A stretch of DNA of 64,000 bases from Mustelus asterias (GCF_964213995.1 NC_135827.1:17794001-17858000), one strand, 5' to 3'; counted from the stretch's first letter, positions 23,301 to 36,113 are shown. A program made the numbers and translations. The notes: generated by a model from the sequence alone, not told the origin.

Positions 23301-26300
23301 TTTTTATTGTCCTAATTACCTTGCGCATTTACTAATTTGGGAAAGAACGCGTAGGATTTAGTTAACCCCCCCGCCCCCCATCCCCAACTATTACAGCTGT
23401 TCCAGAGAGTAAGAGTTCTGTTGCAAGAGTTAAGTTTACAAAGTGTGAACTGCATGGGGTATAATGGACCGAAAATGAATTGCAACCAAGGTTTAATTTC
23501 ATTTAAATTCAATTAAACATTGGTAATATCTTTGTGACAAACTTTGGTGTCTCAGGTTTCTTGACAACTTTATTCAACGCTTTTGTTAATATTGCAGTGT
23601 AATGCTGGTACTAACCTTGAAAGTGATGCCCACAGTTGAGACCACCTCAGGCAGTGATCTTACATCTTTAACAGCGGCCAGATATCCACACAGTAGTATG
23701 GATATGACAAGCGCACAATGTCCAAAATTTCCCAAATCTAACGAGTGGCACCAATAACTAGTTTAAAGTTTATTTATTAATCACAAGTAGGCTTACATTT
23801 ACACTGCAAAGTGCCTGTTCAGGTACACTGAGGGAGAATTTAGCATGGCCAATTCACCTAGCCTGCACATCTTTGGACTGTGGGAGGAAACCAGAGCACC
23901 CGGAGGACACCCACGCAGACACGTGTCTGTGAGAGTGTGCAAACTCCACACAGACAGTGACCCAAACCGGGAATCGAACCCAGGTCCCTGGCGCTGTGAG
24001 GCAGCAGTGCTAACCATTGTGCCGCCCCGTTTGGCTTCCAGCTCTAGCCCAGGAAAACCTACTTCAGGAATTCAAAACAGAAAAGACAACTTCGATATTC
24101 GGAATCTAAAAAGCAGCATTTACGCCCTTGCAAGTTCCACCAAATGAAGTGAATTGCGAGTTTTATTCCCCCCATAGGTCTGGTATAGCAAATGGATTAC
24201 ATTTCTAACCATGCAGAACCAAAGAATAAAGAACTGAACAGTCACAATAGGAAGACCATACCGATTATTGCTGAACTGGTTAGAATTGTAGGGAGCGTGA
24301 GTAGCAGCTGAATTCTGAGACTGGGGGTTTCCTTCCCGAGATTCATGAACACTACCTAGGAACAGAAGATAGGAAATTACTACAATTTTTATTTACAAAA
24401 AATTATTTTAACTTTACTGCATTAGGAAAGACATTTTAAATCTATGGGTCTCAACAGAAAGCAAATGACAAATGTTGGTGCTGACCTCTGCTCATTTTTA
24501 TCTAATTCGAATCATCTTTCCCTCAACAGCTGAAACAGAAGAAGCAGATCCCCACCAATTAAAACTATCTAATTTATCTCCAGCAGAGGCTGTACCACAG
24601 CAGACACGACAGACCGAAGGGCCTCTTATTGTGCTTTAAAACTCTGACTCGTGACGACTCGTGCCCCTTTGCAAAACACCAGATCAGCTGATGGCTTAAA
24701 TGCTTAAGAGTGTGCATAGAATCCCTATAGTGCAGAAGGAGGCCATTCGCCCCACCGAATCTGCACCAACAACAATCCCCACAACCCAAAACATTTACCC
24801 CGCTAATCCCTCTAACCTACACATCCCAGGACACACTAAGAGGCAATTTAGCATGGCCAATCAACCTAACCCGCACATCTTTGGACCGTGGGAAGAAACT
24901 GGAGAACCCAGAGGAAACCCAAGCAGACACGGGAAGAACATGCAAACTCCACACAGACAGTAATCCAAGCTGGGAATTGATGTGAGGCAGCAATGCTAAC
25001 CACTGTGCCGCATGTGGCATACTCAATTATGGAGGCACATCCAATGTAAAGCTCAAAATAGTTGCAAATATAGTCCAACTCATCTTTAAATGGGTCCATT
25101 GCAGAATTATTGGTAGCAAAATTGACAAGAATCTTTGCACAATCTATAAAGTGCCGTGCCCACCTCCAACAAATGCCCCCAGAAATACCTACAGTGCCCT
25201 TTCTGGCAACCAGCTCAAATAATGGGCATCTGGGAACAGATTTACATCGCTCAGATCTGAAAAACGTGGAGTAGCAAATTAAAAATGACATGAAAGCAGA
25301 CAACTAAAAATCCAAAAAAAAAATTGGTAAACAGAATTTAAGCTATGAAGAGTCATGTGGATGTTAACTCTATTCTCTCTTCCACACCACAGATACTGTC
25401 AGACCGGCTGAATTTTTCCAATATCTTCTGTTTCTGTTTCAGATTCCAGCATTCACAGGATTTTCATTTAGAATCCCTACAGTGCCGAAGGTCATCATTC
25501 GGCCGATCAAGTCTGCACCAACTCTCTAACAGAATGTCATTCCCAGGTCCTCTTCCCCACCCCAAAACCCGGCACATTTTACCATGGCTAATTCCCCTAA
25601 ACTATACATCTTGGGACATTGAGGGACAATTTAGCATGGCCAATCCACCGAACCTGCACATCTTTGGACTTTTGCTTTTAGAATTTAAACCACCGCCATA
25701 TAAAGGCAGGAAATAAGTTGCTAAGCAAAATATGAAAGCCAATGATTCAACATGCCTTACCTGATCTGAACTGGATCTTGATGGCCTTGCCATACAGTTG
25801 TATTCCATTCAACAAGTCTTTTCCATAATGGACCGACTCCACGTGTTTAAAATGCACAAACGCGAACTGCTTTGATTTTCCATCCTTGTCCTTGGGGATT
25901 TTTACTGCAAGGAGTGGGCCAGCCTGGTGAAACAGAAAAAGAAAAATGAGACACAGAGAAAGTGGGCACATTTCCACTCCAGCTGAGAAAACACACACCC
26001 CACCAAAGTGTCTGGGGTGGGGGGAGTTAATGAAGCAACACAGGTTAAAACTGAATTTGAAGGAAAACAGAAAATGCTGGATAAACTCAGCAGGTCTGGC
26101 AACAGCTGTGAGAAACATTTTGAGTCCGTATCACTCTTCTATAGAACTGAACACAAAACTAGCTGCTAAAATTCTATAATTAACCTGCGGAGAAGGAGAA
26201 TAAAACCTCTCCTGGAACCTTCCAAATGTGAAAAGGTCCCAGTAGCAGGATAGTGGGTGAATTAATGAGTGTGTGTGTGAGGGAGAGGGTGAATGAATGG

Positions 26301-27397
26301 ATGAGTGTAAGTGAGTGAGGGATTTTATTTATTAGTGTCACAAGTAGGCCTACATTAACAGTGCAATGAAGTTTGATTTGATTTATTATTGTCACATGTA
26401 TTAGCATACAGTGAAAAGTATTGTTTCTTGTGCGCTACACAGACAAAACACACTGTTCATAGAGAAGGAAACGAGAGAATGCAGAATTATAGCTAGGGTG
26501 TCAGGAAAGATCAACTTAATGTGAGGTAGGGGTCCATTCAAAAGTCTGATGGCCGCAGGGAAGAAGCTGTTCTTGAGTTGGTTGGTACGTGACCTCAAAC
26601 GTTTGTATCTTTTTCCCGACGGAAGAAGGTGGAAGAGAGAATGTCCGGGGTGCGTGGGCTCCTTAATTATGCTGGCTGCTTTTCCGAGGCAGCGGGAAGT
26701 GTAGACAGTCAATGGATGAGAGGCTGGTTTGCGTGATGGACTGGGCTACATTTTGAAGTTACTGTGAAAATCCCCTAGTTGCCACACTCCGCCGCCTGTT
26801 CGGGTACACTGAGGGAGAATTTAGCACGGCCAATGCACCTAACCAGCACGTCTTTCGGAATGTGGGAGGAAACCGGAGCACGCGGAGGAAACCCACGCAG
26901 ACACGGGGAGAATGTGCAAACACCACACAGACAGTGACCCAAGCCGGGAATCGAACCCAGGTCCCTGGCGCTGTGAGGCAGCAGTGCTAACCACTGTGCC
27001 AGTGAGTGAGGGGTGGAGTGAGTGAGTGAGTGGCTGCTGAGGAGCTGGGAAAGCTGCCGCGGTTTATTTGAATGTGCGTGTGTGATCTCTGGGAAACTTT
27101 CTCCTGTTGGCAGCACAAATATTCTCCTGAGTGAATGGCGGAAATTTTAAACTGAGCAGTGAAGGCGGGCACCAAATAAAGACGGCCCAAGGTTACCAGA
27201 AACCCAAAGAGACAAGCGGAGGCTGCCTCCGCTCCCAGGCCCCGGGCCGGAGAGGCTGTCCCCAGGCCCCGGGCCGGAGAGGCTCTCCCCAGGCCCAGGC
27301 CCACCTGCAGGAACAACTCGAACAGAAGCTCCTCGGTCACTCTCTGATCCAGGTTCCCGATGAACAGCGTTTTGTCCGCATCATTCGACACCCCCAT
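19901..27397 (-). CDS. RBM7: RNA-binding protein 7 (NEXT complex RRM subunit); join(27305-27397, 25761-25923, 24262-24355, 22894-22996, 19901-20335), 295 aa
   Basis: MGVSNDADKTLFIGNLDQRVTEELLFELFLQ/AGPLLAVKIPKDKDGKSKQFAFVHFKHVESVHYGKDLLNGIQLYGKAIKIQFRSG and QRSFSSPDSLQRQ match vertebrate RBM7; all introns GT-AG with compatible phases; ACCACCATGG Kozak. Confidence 0.93.
20706..21370 (-). mobile_element. Possible degenerate LTR in RBM7 intron 4
   Basis: Non-SINE block with LTR-like composition; termini and TSD not resolved. Confidence 0.25.
21507..21860 (+). mobile_element. tRNA-SINE family C (older copy)
   Basis: cacagcaatgtggttgactcttaactgccctctgaaatggcc core and gatgggcaacaaatgctgg tail. 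Confidence 0.75.
22400..22757 (+). mobile_element. tRNA-SINE family C, full length
   Basis: A-box tggcctagtgg, B-box gggttcgaatccc, conserved core, tail shared with the LINE at 7590-8160, A-rich end. Confidence 0.85.
22894..22996 (-). CDS. RBM7: RBM7 coding exon 4
   Basis: (R)FGRGMDNTGSPIFATPQPVQRSFSSPDSLQRQVL; acag acceptor, gtaagt donor. Confidence 0.9.
23762..24029 (-). mobile_element. HE1-like SINE, type B
   Basis: Head and V-domain with shortened type B tail. Confidence 0.85.
24262..24355 (-). CDS. RBM7: RBM7 coding exon 3
   Basis: cttctgttcctag acceptor, (G)SVHESREGNPQSQNSAATHAPYNSNQFSNN(R), gtatgg donor; phases 1/2 fit the neighbours. Confidence 0.8.
24716..25011 (-). mobile_element. 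HE1 SINE
   Basis: V-domain and tail, partly deleted head. Confidence 0.85.
25761..25923 (-). CDS. RBM7: RBM7 coding exon 2 (RRM)
   Basis: 163 nt; AGP..KQFAFVHF (RNP1)..IQFRS; ccag acceptor, gtaagg donor. Confidence 0.95.
26323..27000 (-). mobile_element. HE1-like SINE type B with a Rex1-type LINE inserted in its tail
   Basis: Tail split at duplicated tgaagtt (26367-26373 / 26754-26760). Confidence 0.85.
26374..26751 (-). mobile_element. Rex1/Babar LINE 3' fragment
   Basis: ..IIKEPTHPGHSLFHLLPSGKRYKRLRSRTNQLKNSFFPAAIRLLN; (tcaaa)n tail. Confidence 0.88.
27305..27397 (-). CDS. RBM7: RBM7 coding exon 1
   Basis: ATG at 27397, RNP2 LFIGNL, CAG/gtggg donor. Confidence 0.95.
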
Positions 27398-27504
27398 GGT
27401 GGTTTCAGTTCAGAGGCTTAACCTTCCCTCCCCTCAGCCCGGACCCCGAACTCGGCTCCCAGCTACGATGCAGGCGCCTCTCCTGACGCCACTCTTTCTG
27501 ACTC

Positions 27505-27792
27505 TACTTCCGCCCCGCTAGCCCCCTCACTTCCGCCCCGCTAGCCCCCTCACTTCCGCCCTGCTGGCCCCTCCCTTCCGCCCTGCTGGCCCCCCACTTC
27601 CGCCCTGCTGGCCCCCCACTTCCGCCCTGCTGGCCCCCCACTTCCGCCCTGCTCGCCCGCTCCTCTGGCCGCCCCCACTTCCGCCCCCACTTCCGCCCCC
27701 TAGCCCCCCCACTTCCGCCCCCTAGCCCCCTACTTCCGCCCCCTAGCCCCCCCACTTCCGCTCCGCTAACTCCCCCACTTCCGCCCCGCTAG
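27505..27792 (-). promoter_or_regulatory. RBM7 CpG-rich promoter region with tandem ETS/GC-box minisatellite
   Basis: 13 (A/C)CTTCCGC cores at ~22-23-bp period, ~110-390 bp upstream of the ATG. Confidence 0.7.
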
Positions 27793-28003
27793 CCTGGATT
27801 CTGGTCCTACAAGTCCCCATGTTATGTTTAACACTTTTATCTTTCTTTTCATCAGAAAATGCGCAGCAGCCTGTTGGATATCAGTTTACTGTTAAAAATA
27901 CTGTTCTAAATTAAATTCCCTGCTTTAAGTGCTTGGGGAACATAGGATCCCTGCAGTGTAGAAGAGGCTATTCAGCCCATGGAGCCTGCACTGACAACAA
28001 TCC

Positions 28004-28869
28004 TTTGATTGATTTATTGACACATGTATTAGCATACTGTGAAAAGTATTGTTTCTTGCGAACTATTCAAAGCATACCGTTCATAGAGAAGGAAAGGAGA
28101 GAGTGCAGAATGTAGTGTTACAATCATAGCTAGGGTGTAGAGAAAGATCAACTTAATGCGAGGTAGGTCCATTCAAAAGTCTGATGGCAGCAGGGAAGAA
28201 GCTGTTCTTGAGTCGGTTGATATGTGATCTCAGACTTTTGTATCTTTTGGAAGAGAGAATGTCCGGGGTGTGTGCGGTCCTTAATTATGTTGGCTGATTT
28301 TCCGAGGCAGCGGAAAGTGTAGGCAGAGTCAATGGGTGGGAGGCTGGTTTGAGTGATGGACTGGGCTTTGCTCATAACCCTTTGTAGTTTCTTGCGGTCT
28401 TGGACAGAGCAGGAGCCATATCAAGCTGTGATACAACCAGAAAGAATGCTTTCTCTGGTGCATCTGTAAAAGTTGATGAGATTCGGAGCGAACATGCCAA
28501 ATTTCCTTTGTCTTCTGCGGAAGTAGAGGCATTGGGTTTTCTTAACTATAGCATCAGCATGGAGGGACCAGGGCAGATCATTGACGATCTGGACACCTAA
28601 AAACGTGAAGCTCTCGCCCATTTCTACTTCATCCCCTTTGATGTAGACAGGGGCATGTCCTCCACTATGCTTCCTTAAGTCGATAGCTATCTCCTTCATT
28701 TTGTTGACATTGAAGGAGAGATTATTGTTGCCGCACCAGTTCACCAGATTATCTCTTTCCTGCACTCTGTCTCGTCATTGTTTGAGATCTGACCCACTAC
28801 AATGGTGTCATCAGCAAACTTGAAAATCAAGTCGGAGGGGAATTTAGCCACACAGTCATAGGTGTATAA
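28004..28869 (-). mobile_element. Rex1/Babar LINE 5'-truncated copy, nested in an HE1 (27940-29106)
   Basis: KFADDT motif at ~28805-28825, ..FTFLGVQI..INFYRCTRESILSGCITA; frameshifted. Confidence 0.88.
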
Positions 28870-29299
28870 CCCATCCAATCCCTATCCCCGTAACATCACG
28901 TATTTATCCTGCTAGTCCTCCTGACACTAGGGGGCAATCTAACATGGCCAATCAACCCAACCTGTACCTCTTTGGACTGTGGGAGGAAACCCATGCAGAC
29001 ACAAGGTCCCATGAAGACTCCACAGACAGTCACTGAAGCCAGGAATCGAACCCGGATTCCTGGCACTGAGGCAGTAGTGCTAACCACTCTGCCACCATGC
29101 TGCCCTAGGATTTAGGCCATATGGCCCTTCGATACTGCTCTGCCACTGCTGATCTGGCATCCCTTTCTGGGCAAAGCAGTAATAAACTTCATTTGATATC
29201 TGAATCACGAATACCAACCTAGAAAGCTGACATAAGCTGACCCAACAGCTTCAGAAAGCTGACAACTCAAGAATAAGCCCCTAACACAACTGCAAAGGG

Positions 29300-29645
29300 C
29301 AGGAGTAGGCCAGTCAGTCCCTCTAGCCTGCTTTATCATTCAATATTGCTGACCGGCTGCCTGTCTTTGCCCCATATCCCTTAATGCCACTGGTTAACTA
29401 AAATTTATTAATTTCAGATTTAAAATGAATAATTGATTGAGCAGCAATTGCTATTTGTAGTAGGGGGTTCCAAACATTAATTAGCTTTTGTGTGTACAGT
29501 GTTTCCTAATTTAACTCCTGATGATCCGACTCTAATTTTTAGACTGTGTACCCTTGTCCGAGAATCCCCAACTAGTGGAAATAGTTTCTCCCTGCCTACT
29601 ATATCTGTCCCCATTAATATTGTGAACATTTTGAACAAATCACCT
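29300..29645 (-). mobile_element. Old CR1 3' fragment
   Basis: Reverse-complement similarity to CR1 3' UTR (aggagtaggcc..ccctctagcctgc) and ORF2 end. Confidence 0.6.
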
Positions 29646-29814
29646 CACCACCATCCAGCAATACAACCCTATTTTATGAAAGCTTGCTTTGTCATTACTT
29701 CTTCATATAAATTGCAGAACAAAAACTTTAATGCCTGTACATAAGACATGAATGGAAGGTACAAATATTGAACACACAAAGGTTATGTTCTGGACCCCAC
29801 AGTCCAGATAGTTT

Positions 29815-30115
29815 TGATTTAAACTTCATTTATTAGTGCCACAGTAGGCTTACATTAACACAGCAATGAAGTTACTGTGAAAATTCCCTAGTTGCCACAC
29901 TCCGGTGCCTGTTCGGATATACTGAGGGCAAACTTAGCATGGCCAATGCACCTGGCCACAGCACATCTTTTGGACTGTGGGAGGAAATCAGAGCATCCGG
30001 AGGAAACCCACGAGGAGAACGTGCAGACTCTGCACAGACAGTGACTTGAGTAGACAGGGAATCGAACTCAGGTCCCTGGCACTGTAAAGCAGCAGTGCTA
30101 ACCACTGTGCCACCC
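29815..30115 (-). mobile_element. HE1-like SINE, type B
   Basis: Head, V-domain, type B tail. Confidence 0.85.
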
Positions 30116-31479
30116 TGATTGATGGCATTTATTTGCCACAAGTTCCAGTATTTCAGAATCTATAATGCACGTGAGCATTACATTTCACTATCTAAAGTTC
30201 ATTCATTCAACTTCATTGAAAACTACTCTCACCAGCTGGAAAAGATCAAACTAACTTACCTTTTGAAAATAATTCTCTAATCATCGAGAGATTTTGAAAT
30301 CTGACTTTATTCACCATGGATTACTGCAGTCAGGGATGTAGGAAGCACATTGTGCATTCCTTTAAAATAAACATTTAGCAACTTGTGGTGGCAGTCTAGC
30401 TCAAGGAGGTAATTTCCTCCATTTCCCCATTTAAACTGGCACACTTTAAGATGGCATCCTCTTTCTCCATATCCCTTTCCAATCCCGCCCTCTCAGATCA
30501 CGGTGGCACTTTCCAAGAATTCCACCCCCGATACTCACCCTTCTTCACAGTGAATTATCCCAGTTTCGCTCCTGTTCCAAATTGCCATATCTGGCTTCTC
30601 TATACTTCCCATCCCCCTTCCCAATTGTCACTCCTAGTTTCTACCCTCTTTACTTCCATTTACCTCTTCTTTTCATTTTCCTCCAATATTACTCCTACAC
30701 GTGCCATGCTTCTTCTTAAAGTTATTCCCATTGCTGTAGTGTGTAATGGCTGTAATATTCAGACAGCAACAGGAGCGGGGTTTGCACACTGGATCCATAA
30801 GATACCAAACTCTCCATAGCAAACACAGATGGTTAGTGCGCATGAAGTCAGTCACTGAATGGCATGGTACTTTATCCACCTTGCTGTGACCAGAATTCTA
30901 AGGGTTCCACCACAGATGAGTCTGGACAGTCTCAGGAAATGTGTACATAGAAGACCACAACACAAATCCGGTTTAGTAATCTGGTAAGGTAATAAAACAT
31001 GGGAGGAAAACAAGTGAAACTTCATTGGTGCAGTTGGTTTAAATTGTAGGCTAGCATACCCATCCTGTTATATTGACAAAGAAGTGTTTCAGGTCCACAA
31101 TATTTCATTCCCCAGGCCTGCCATCTCTCATCCTCATGGACGTACAAAACATTAATAAATCTGAATAAATTAAATGCATTTTTAATAATATTTTCTTGCC
31201 TTTGTAATGATCGGTTGCGAATCCTTCTTTTGTCCTTCTCCAGCACAGGTATAATGGGCTGAATAGCCCTCCTGTGCTGTACCATTCAGTGATTCTCTTA
31301 TTTATCAGATACATGTTATCCCTTGGCCACGTCATCCACAAATACAGGACCAATGTTCACATGTGCCAATGACATCTAACTCTGCTAAAACTACTGCCTT
31401 CAATGCCATAGTTTCACTGTGTACCTCCACATGCATCACTCAGCTGCAATCTTTTCTCATGAGAGGTGGTGTGTAATGC

Positions 31480-32560
31480 AGCATTTTGCAGTGCTTTTTT
31501 TTTAAACACTGTCCTTGTATCATTTCAATTGGCCACTTTCACATTGTTTGTCCTGAGACAGTTCCTCACTGAAGGTCTACTTGGGGATTCTGTCATGCAG
31601 GAGACATGGCCTGCCTGTCCAAGTTGAATTTTCTGTAGGTTGGTCTTCATGCTGTGGAACCCAATACGATGAAGGACCTTGTTGTTTGTGACTTCGTCCC
31701 ACCACTGAATTCTTGTGATGGACTTCAGGGTATCATGAGTAAGAATTCCAGAGTTTGTATATGGCGCCTATAGCAATCCCAGGATTCTGCGCTATACAGC
31801 AGGAGGGTAAGTACTGACCTCACTGATGGTACAGACTTCTTGTCCTTGGTCCTTCATTTGTTGTCCTCACCGTCTGTCTGCATGAGCAGCTCATTCTGTT
31901 CTACGGCACTTGATTACGATCTTTCTGTGTTTGTGCACATTTTCCCAAAAGCAGACACATCGCTCATGTGGATCTCGTGTTTCTCCCTGCAGTCCCAGTT
32001 CTCAGGAGTCTTCGGGGTTCTTCAGTCTTGTTCTGAGCTTGTTTGTGTTGTGCCTTGGGGTCCCCTTGGCTTTCTGAACCACACCCACATTCCACTGACC
32101 AATGACTTTGAGTTGCACCACCCTTCAGCGATATGACAAATCCCCTCCATCTTCAACAAGGTTGGGTGACCCTCTGGAAGCAGTCTCTCCAAAACTCTCC
32201 AGAATCCGCAATCCCGAACACAGTCGGTCTGGAATGATCTTTTCAGGTGTTATAGTTTGGAGTTTACACCCTTCTGAGTGGTGATTCGGTGCTAAATGAT
32301 GCTGCTGATACGTTTCTTCAGTATCTTCATTCTTGAACATTTTTCCTTCGAAAGGAACATCCTTGCACAGTTAGTAGTACTGATCAAACTTCATCAGCAC
32401 CAGTCGTATCTTGCTCCTGGCTCCAACTGCAGTTCCGTCTATCCACATGGAATAGACTTTACGCTGCTCCGCACTGATCACTGTCATCAGTGTTGCTACC
32501 TTAACTCGTTCTGACTCCTGGTCAAACTTCATCACAAGAGAATTACTTTTCCGAGCGTGC
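31480..32560 (-). mobile_element. Degenerate RTE-clade LINE fragment
   Basis: - strand LKSITRIQWWDEVTNNKVL..QLGQAGHV resembles the RTE ORF C-terminal motif (I.WQD.V.N.EVL..QLRWAGHV); many disruptions. Confidence 0.55.
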
Positions 32561-33057
32561 TGAAATTGCTTCCCCTGTGCTGCAGCACTTATATATGGAT
32601 TTCAAAGAGGCTGATATGGTGGTAGAGCACCTCTCGATGCACTGCATGCATGCTTTTCTTTTCCTGTAACTTTTAAAACTATGTAAGCAATTGATATTTC
32701 CCCAAAGCATAAGTGAAAGATGCTTTAAATAATCACTAATGCCGTTGCCTTAACATTTCTTTAAATGGGGGGCAGAATTTTGACAAATAAGAAAGAGTGT
32801 CAGCATCTCATTAAACTTATACCATAAGTGAACTTACATGACTTACAGAGTGCCATGAAGTGCCGCTTCACTGAACCATACCCACAAAGGGAGGAAGGAA
32901 ACAAAGAAATAACATGACAAATCCCAAAAATGCTTCAAACCATCGCACATATACAACAAACACATACCTTTCAAAACAGTGGCCCCCCTCCTCCCTCCTT
33001 CCACCACCACAAAGCAGCCTGCTGATTCTCCGTGTATGTTGGCTAAGATACAGAAAG

Positions 33058-33829
33058 ACTTGCATTTATATAGCGCCCTTCACAGACATCTGAAGTCTCA
33101 AAGTTCTTTACAGAAAATGAGGTATTTTTGAAATGTATTCATGGGCGACACAGTGGTTAGCACTGCTGCCTCACAGCACCAGGGTCCCAAGTTCAATTCA
33201 GGCCTAGGGTAACTGTCTGTGTGGAGTTTGCACGTTCTCCCCGTGTCTGCGTGGGTTTCCTCCCTCAGTCCAAAGATGTGCCGGTTCGGTGGATTGGCCA
33301 TGCTAAATTACCCCTTGGTGTCCAAAGATGTATAAATTAGCGGGATTAGCCATGGTAATTTGCCCCTCAGTGTCCCAAGATGTGTGGGTTATAGGGATTA
33401 ATAGGATAAATACACAAGGTTACAGGGATAGGGCCTGGTTAAAATGCTCTGTCAGGGAGTCGGTGCAGACTTGATGGGCCAAATGGCCTTCTTCTGCACT
33501 GTAGGAATTTTATAACTCAATGTGGGAACCAATTTACACACAGCCAGATCCCACAGATAGCAATTAGTGAGCAGAATAATCTGTTTTTTGTGAGGAATAA
33601 ATATTGGCCAGGGTAACTTCTCCTTCTCTCTCGAAATGGGATTTTTTTTACATGTACCTGAGAGGGCAAAGAGGACCTCGATTTAAGATCTCAAAATACA
33701 GTACCGTTGACAGTGCAGCACTCCCTCAGTAGTGCATTGGAGTGTCAGCCTTGATTCTTGTGCTTGAAGTGGGCGTTGAACTCAAAATCTTCTGACACAG
33801 AGGAGAGAGTGCTAACCATCAAGCCACGG
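33058..33829 (-). mobile_element. Deu-domain SINE (SacSINE1/AmnSINE-like) split by an HE1 at ~33142-33515
   Basis: gacagtgcagcactccctcagtagtgcattggagtgtcagcc (Deu core, reverse) and acttgcattttatatagcgcc L2-type tail; another Deu fragment at ~57632-57718 (+). Confidence 0.7.
33142..33515 (+). mobile_element. HE1 SINE
   Basis: Head, V-domain, duplicated post-V segment, tail. Confidence 0.85.
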
Positions 33830-34393
33830 TCAGGGGGAACAACATTTCCTTCAACTGCATCGTAGCCGATCTAACAAATGGGAGAGAAAACTGACAGGAC
33901 AACAGGGATAATGGACTAAATATAGTGTATGGTATCAGAAATTGCTGGAAAAACTCAGCAGGTCTAGCAGCATCTGTAGAGAGAGGTACAGAGTTAACCT
34001 TGTGAGTCAATTATGACTCTTCCTCGGCTCTGACGAAAGGTAGAATTGACTTAAACAGTTGAAAAAGGGGGAGAAGCAGGTGGAGCAAATGACAAATTCT
34101 GAGCAGGGGAAATTAAATGACCAAAATGTCATGGAACACAAGTCAAAGGCAATGGTAATAATGGTATGAAAGACATTAAATAGGTGTTAATAGCAGAATA
34201 AAGACCAACATTGTCTGAAAGCAAACTAGTAACAGGATGAAGAATATAGTGTATGGTGTGTTTATATAATTTATTGAATAAATTATCCGTGTGGATATTG
34301 CACATTCTTCCCGTGTTTGCGTGGGTTTCCTCCAGGTGCTCCAGTTTCATCCCACAGTCAAAAACTATGTAGATTAGGTGGATTAGCCATGTT

Positions 34394-34742
34394 GGCGGCA
34401 TGGTAGCACAGTGGTTAGCACTGCTGCTTCACAGCTCCAGGGACCTGGGTTCGATTCCCGGCTTGGGTCACTGTCTGTGTGGAGTTTGCACATTCTCCTC
34501 ATGTCTGCGTGGGTTTCCTCTGGGTGCTCCGGTTTCCTCCCACAGTCCAAAGATGTGCGGGTTAGGTTGATTGGCCATGCTAAAATTGCCCCTTAGTGTC
34601 CTGAGATGCGTAGATTAGAGGGATTAGCGGGTAAATGTGTAGGGATATGGGGGTAGGGCCTGGGTGGGACTGTGGTCGGTGCAGACCCGATGGGCCAGAT
34701 GGCCTCTTTCTGCACTGTAGGGTTTCTATGATTTCTTCTATG
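34394..34742 (+). mobile_element. Young HE1 SINE nested in an older HE1 fragment (34287-34870)
   Basis: Near-identical to the copies at 36475, 46577 and 55165. Confidence 0.9.
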
Positions 34743-34987
34743 ATTAAACGTGTGAGGCTATGGGGATAGGGCAGAGGGGAGGACCTGAATGGGATGCTCT
34801 TTCAGAAAGTCAGTGCAGATTCAATGGGCCAAATGACCTCTTTCTGTACTCTAGCAATTCTGTGGTTCTAAAGAACATTGTTTCTGGTGTGTGTGTGTGT
34901 ATAAATTATTGAATAAATAATATAGGTTTATGGAGTGTATATGTATAATTTACTGAATAAAGAATATAGTTTATGTTGTGTATGTAT

Positions 34988-36113
34988 AATTTATTGAATA
35001 AAAAATATAATTTATGTCGTGTATATATAATTTATTGAATAAAGAATATAGTTTATAGTGTATGTGTATAATTTATTGAATAAATAATATAATTTGTTGT
35101 GTGTCTGTACAATGTATTGAATAAAGCATATAGGGTGGCATAGTAGCACAGTGGTTAGCATTGCTGCTTCACAGTGACAGGGACCTGGGCTCGATTCCTG
35201 GCTTGGGTCACTGTCTGTGTGGAGTTAGCATGTTCTCCCCGTGTGTGTGTGGGTTTCCTCTGGGTGCTCCAGTTTCCTTCCACGTTCTAAAAAATGCGCT
35301 GGTTAGGTGCATTGACCCGAACAGGTGTCGGACTGTGGCGACCAGGGGAATTTCACAGTAACTTCATCGCAGTGTTAATGTAAGCCTTACTTGTGACTAA
35401 TAAACTTTAACTTGTTTATGGAGTGTATGTATAATTTATTGACTAAATAATATTATTTGTGGTGTGTATGTACAATTTATTGATTAAAGAATATAGTTTA
35501 TGGTGTATATGTATAATTTATTGAATAAATAATTTGTGGTGTGTATGTACAATTTATTGAATAAAAAATATAATTTATGTCGTGTATATATAATTTATTG
35601 AATAAAGAATATAGTTTATAGTGTATGTGTATAATTTATTGAATAAATAATATAATTTGTTGTGTGTCTGTACAATGTATTGAATAAAGCATATAGGGTG
35701 GCACAGTAGCACAGTGGTTAGCATTGCTGCTTCACAGTGACAGGGACCTGGGCTCGATTCCTGGCTTGGGTCACTGTCTGTGTGGAGTTAGCATGTTCTC
35801 CCCGTGTGTGTGTGGGTTTCCTCTGGGTGCTCCAGTTTCCTTCCACGTTCTAAAAAATGCGCTGGTTAGGTGCATTGACCCGAACAGGTGTCGGACTGTG
35901 GCGACCAGGGGAATTTCACAGTAACTTCATCGCAGTGTTAATGTAAGCCTTACTTGTGACTAATAAACTTTAACTTGTTTATGGAGTGTATGTATAATTT
36001 ATTGACTAAATAATATTATTTGTGGTGTGTATGTACAATTTATTGATTAAAGAATATAGTTTATGGTGTATATGTATAATTTATTGAATAAATAATTTGT
36101 GGTGTGTATGTAC
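34988..36113. repeat. 563-bp near-perfect tandem duplication including an HE1-B copy (35133-35410 / 35696-35973)
   Basis: Identical ORFs at 35161 and 35724; unit starts at 34988 and 35551. Confidence 0.9.

Noticed and set aside
27504-27755. Gly-rich ORFs upstream of RBM7
   Set aside because: Translations of the GC-rich promoter tandem repeat
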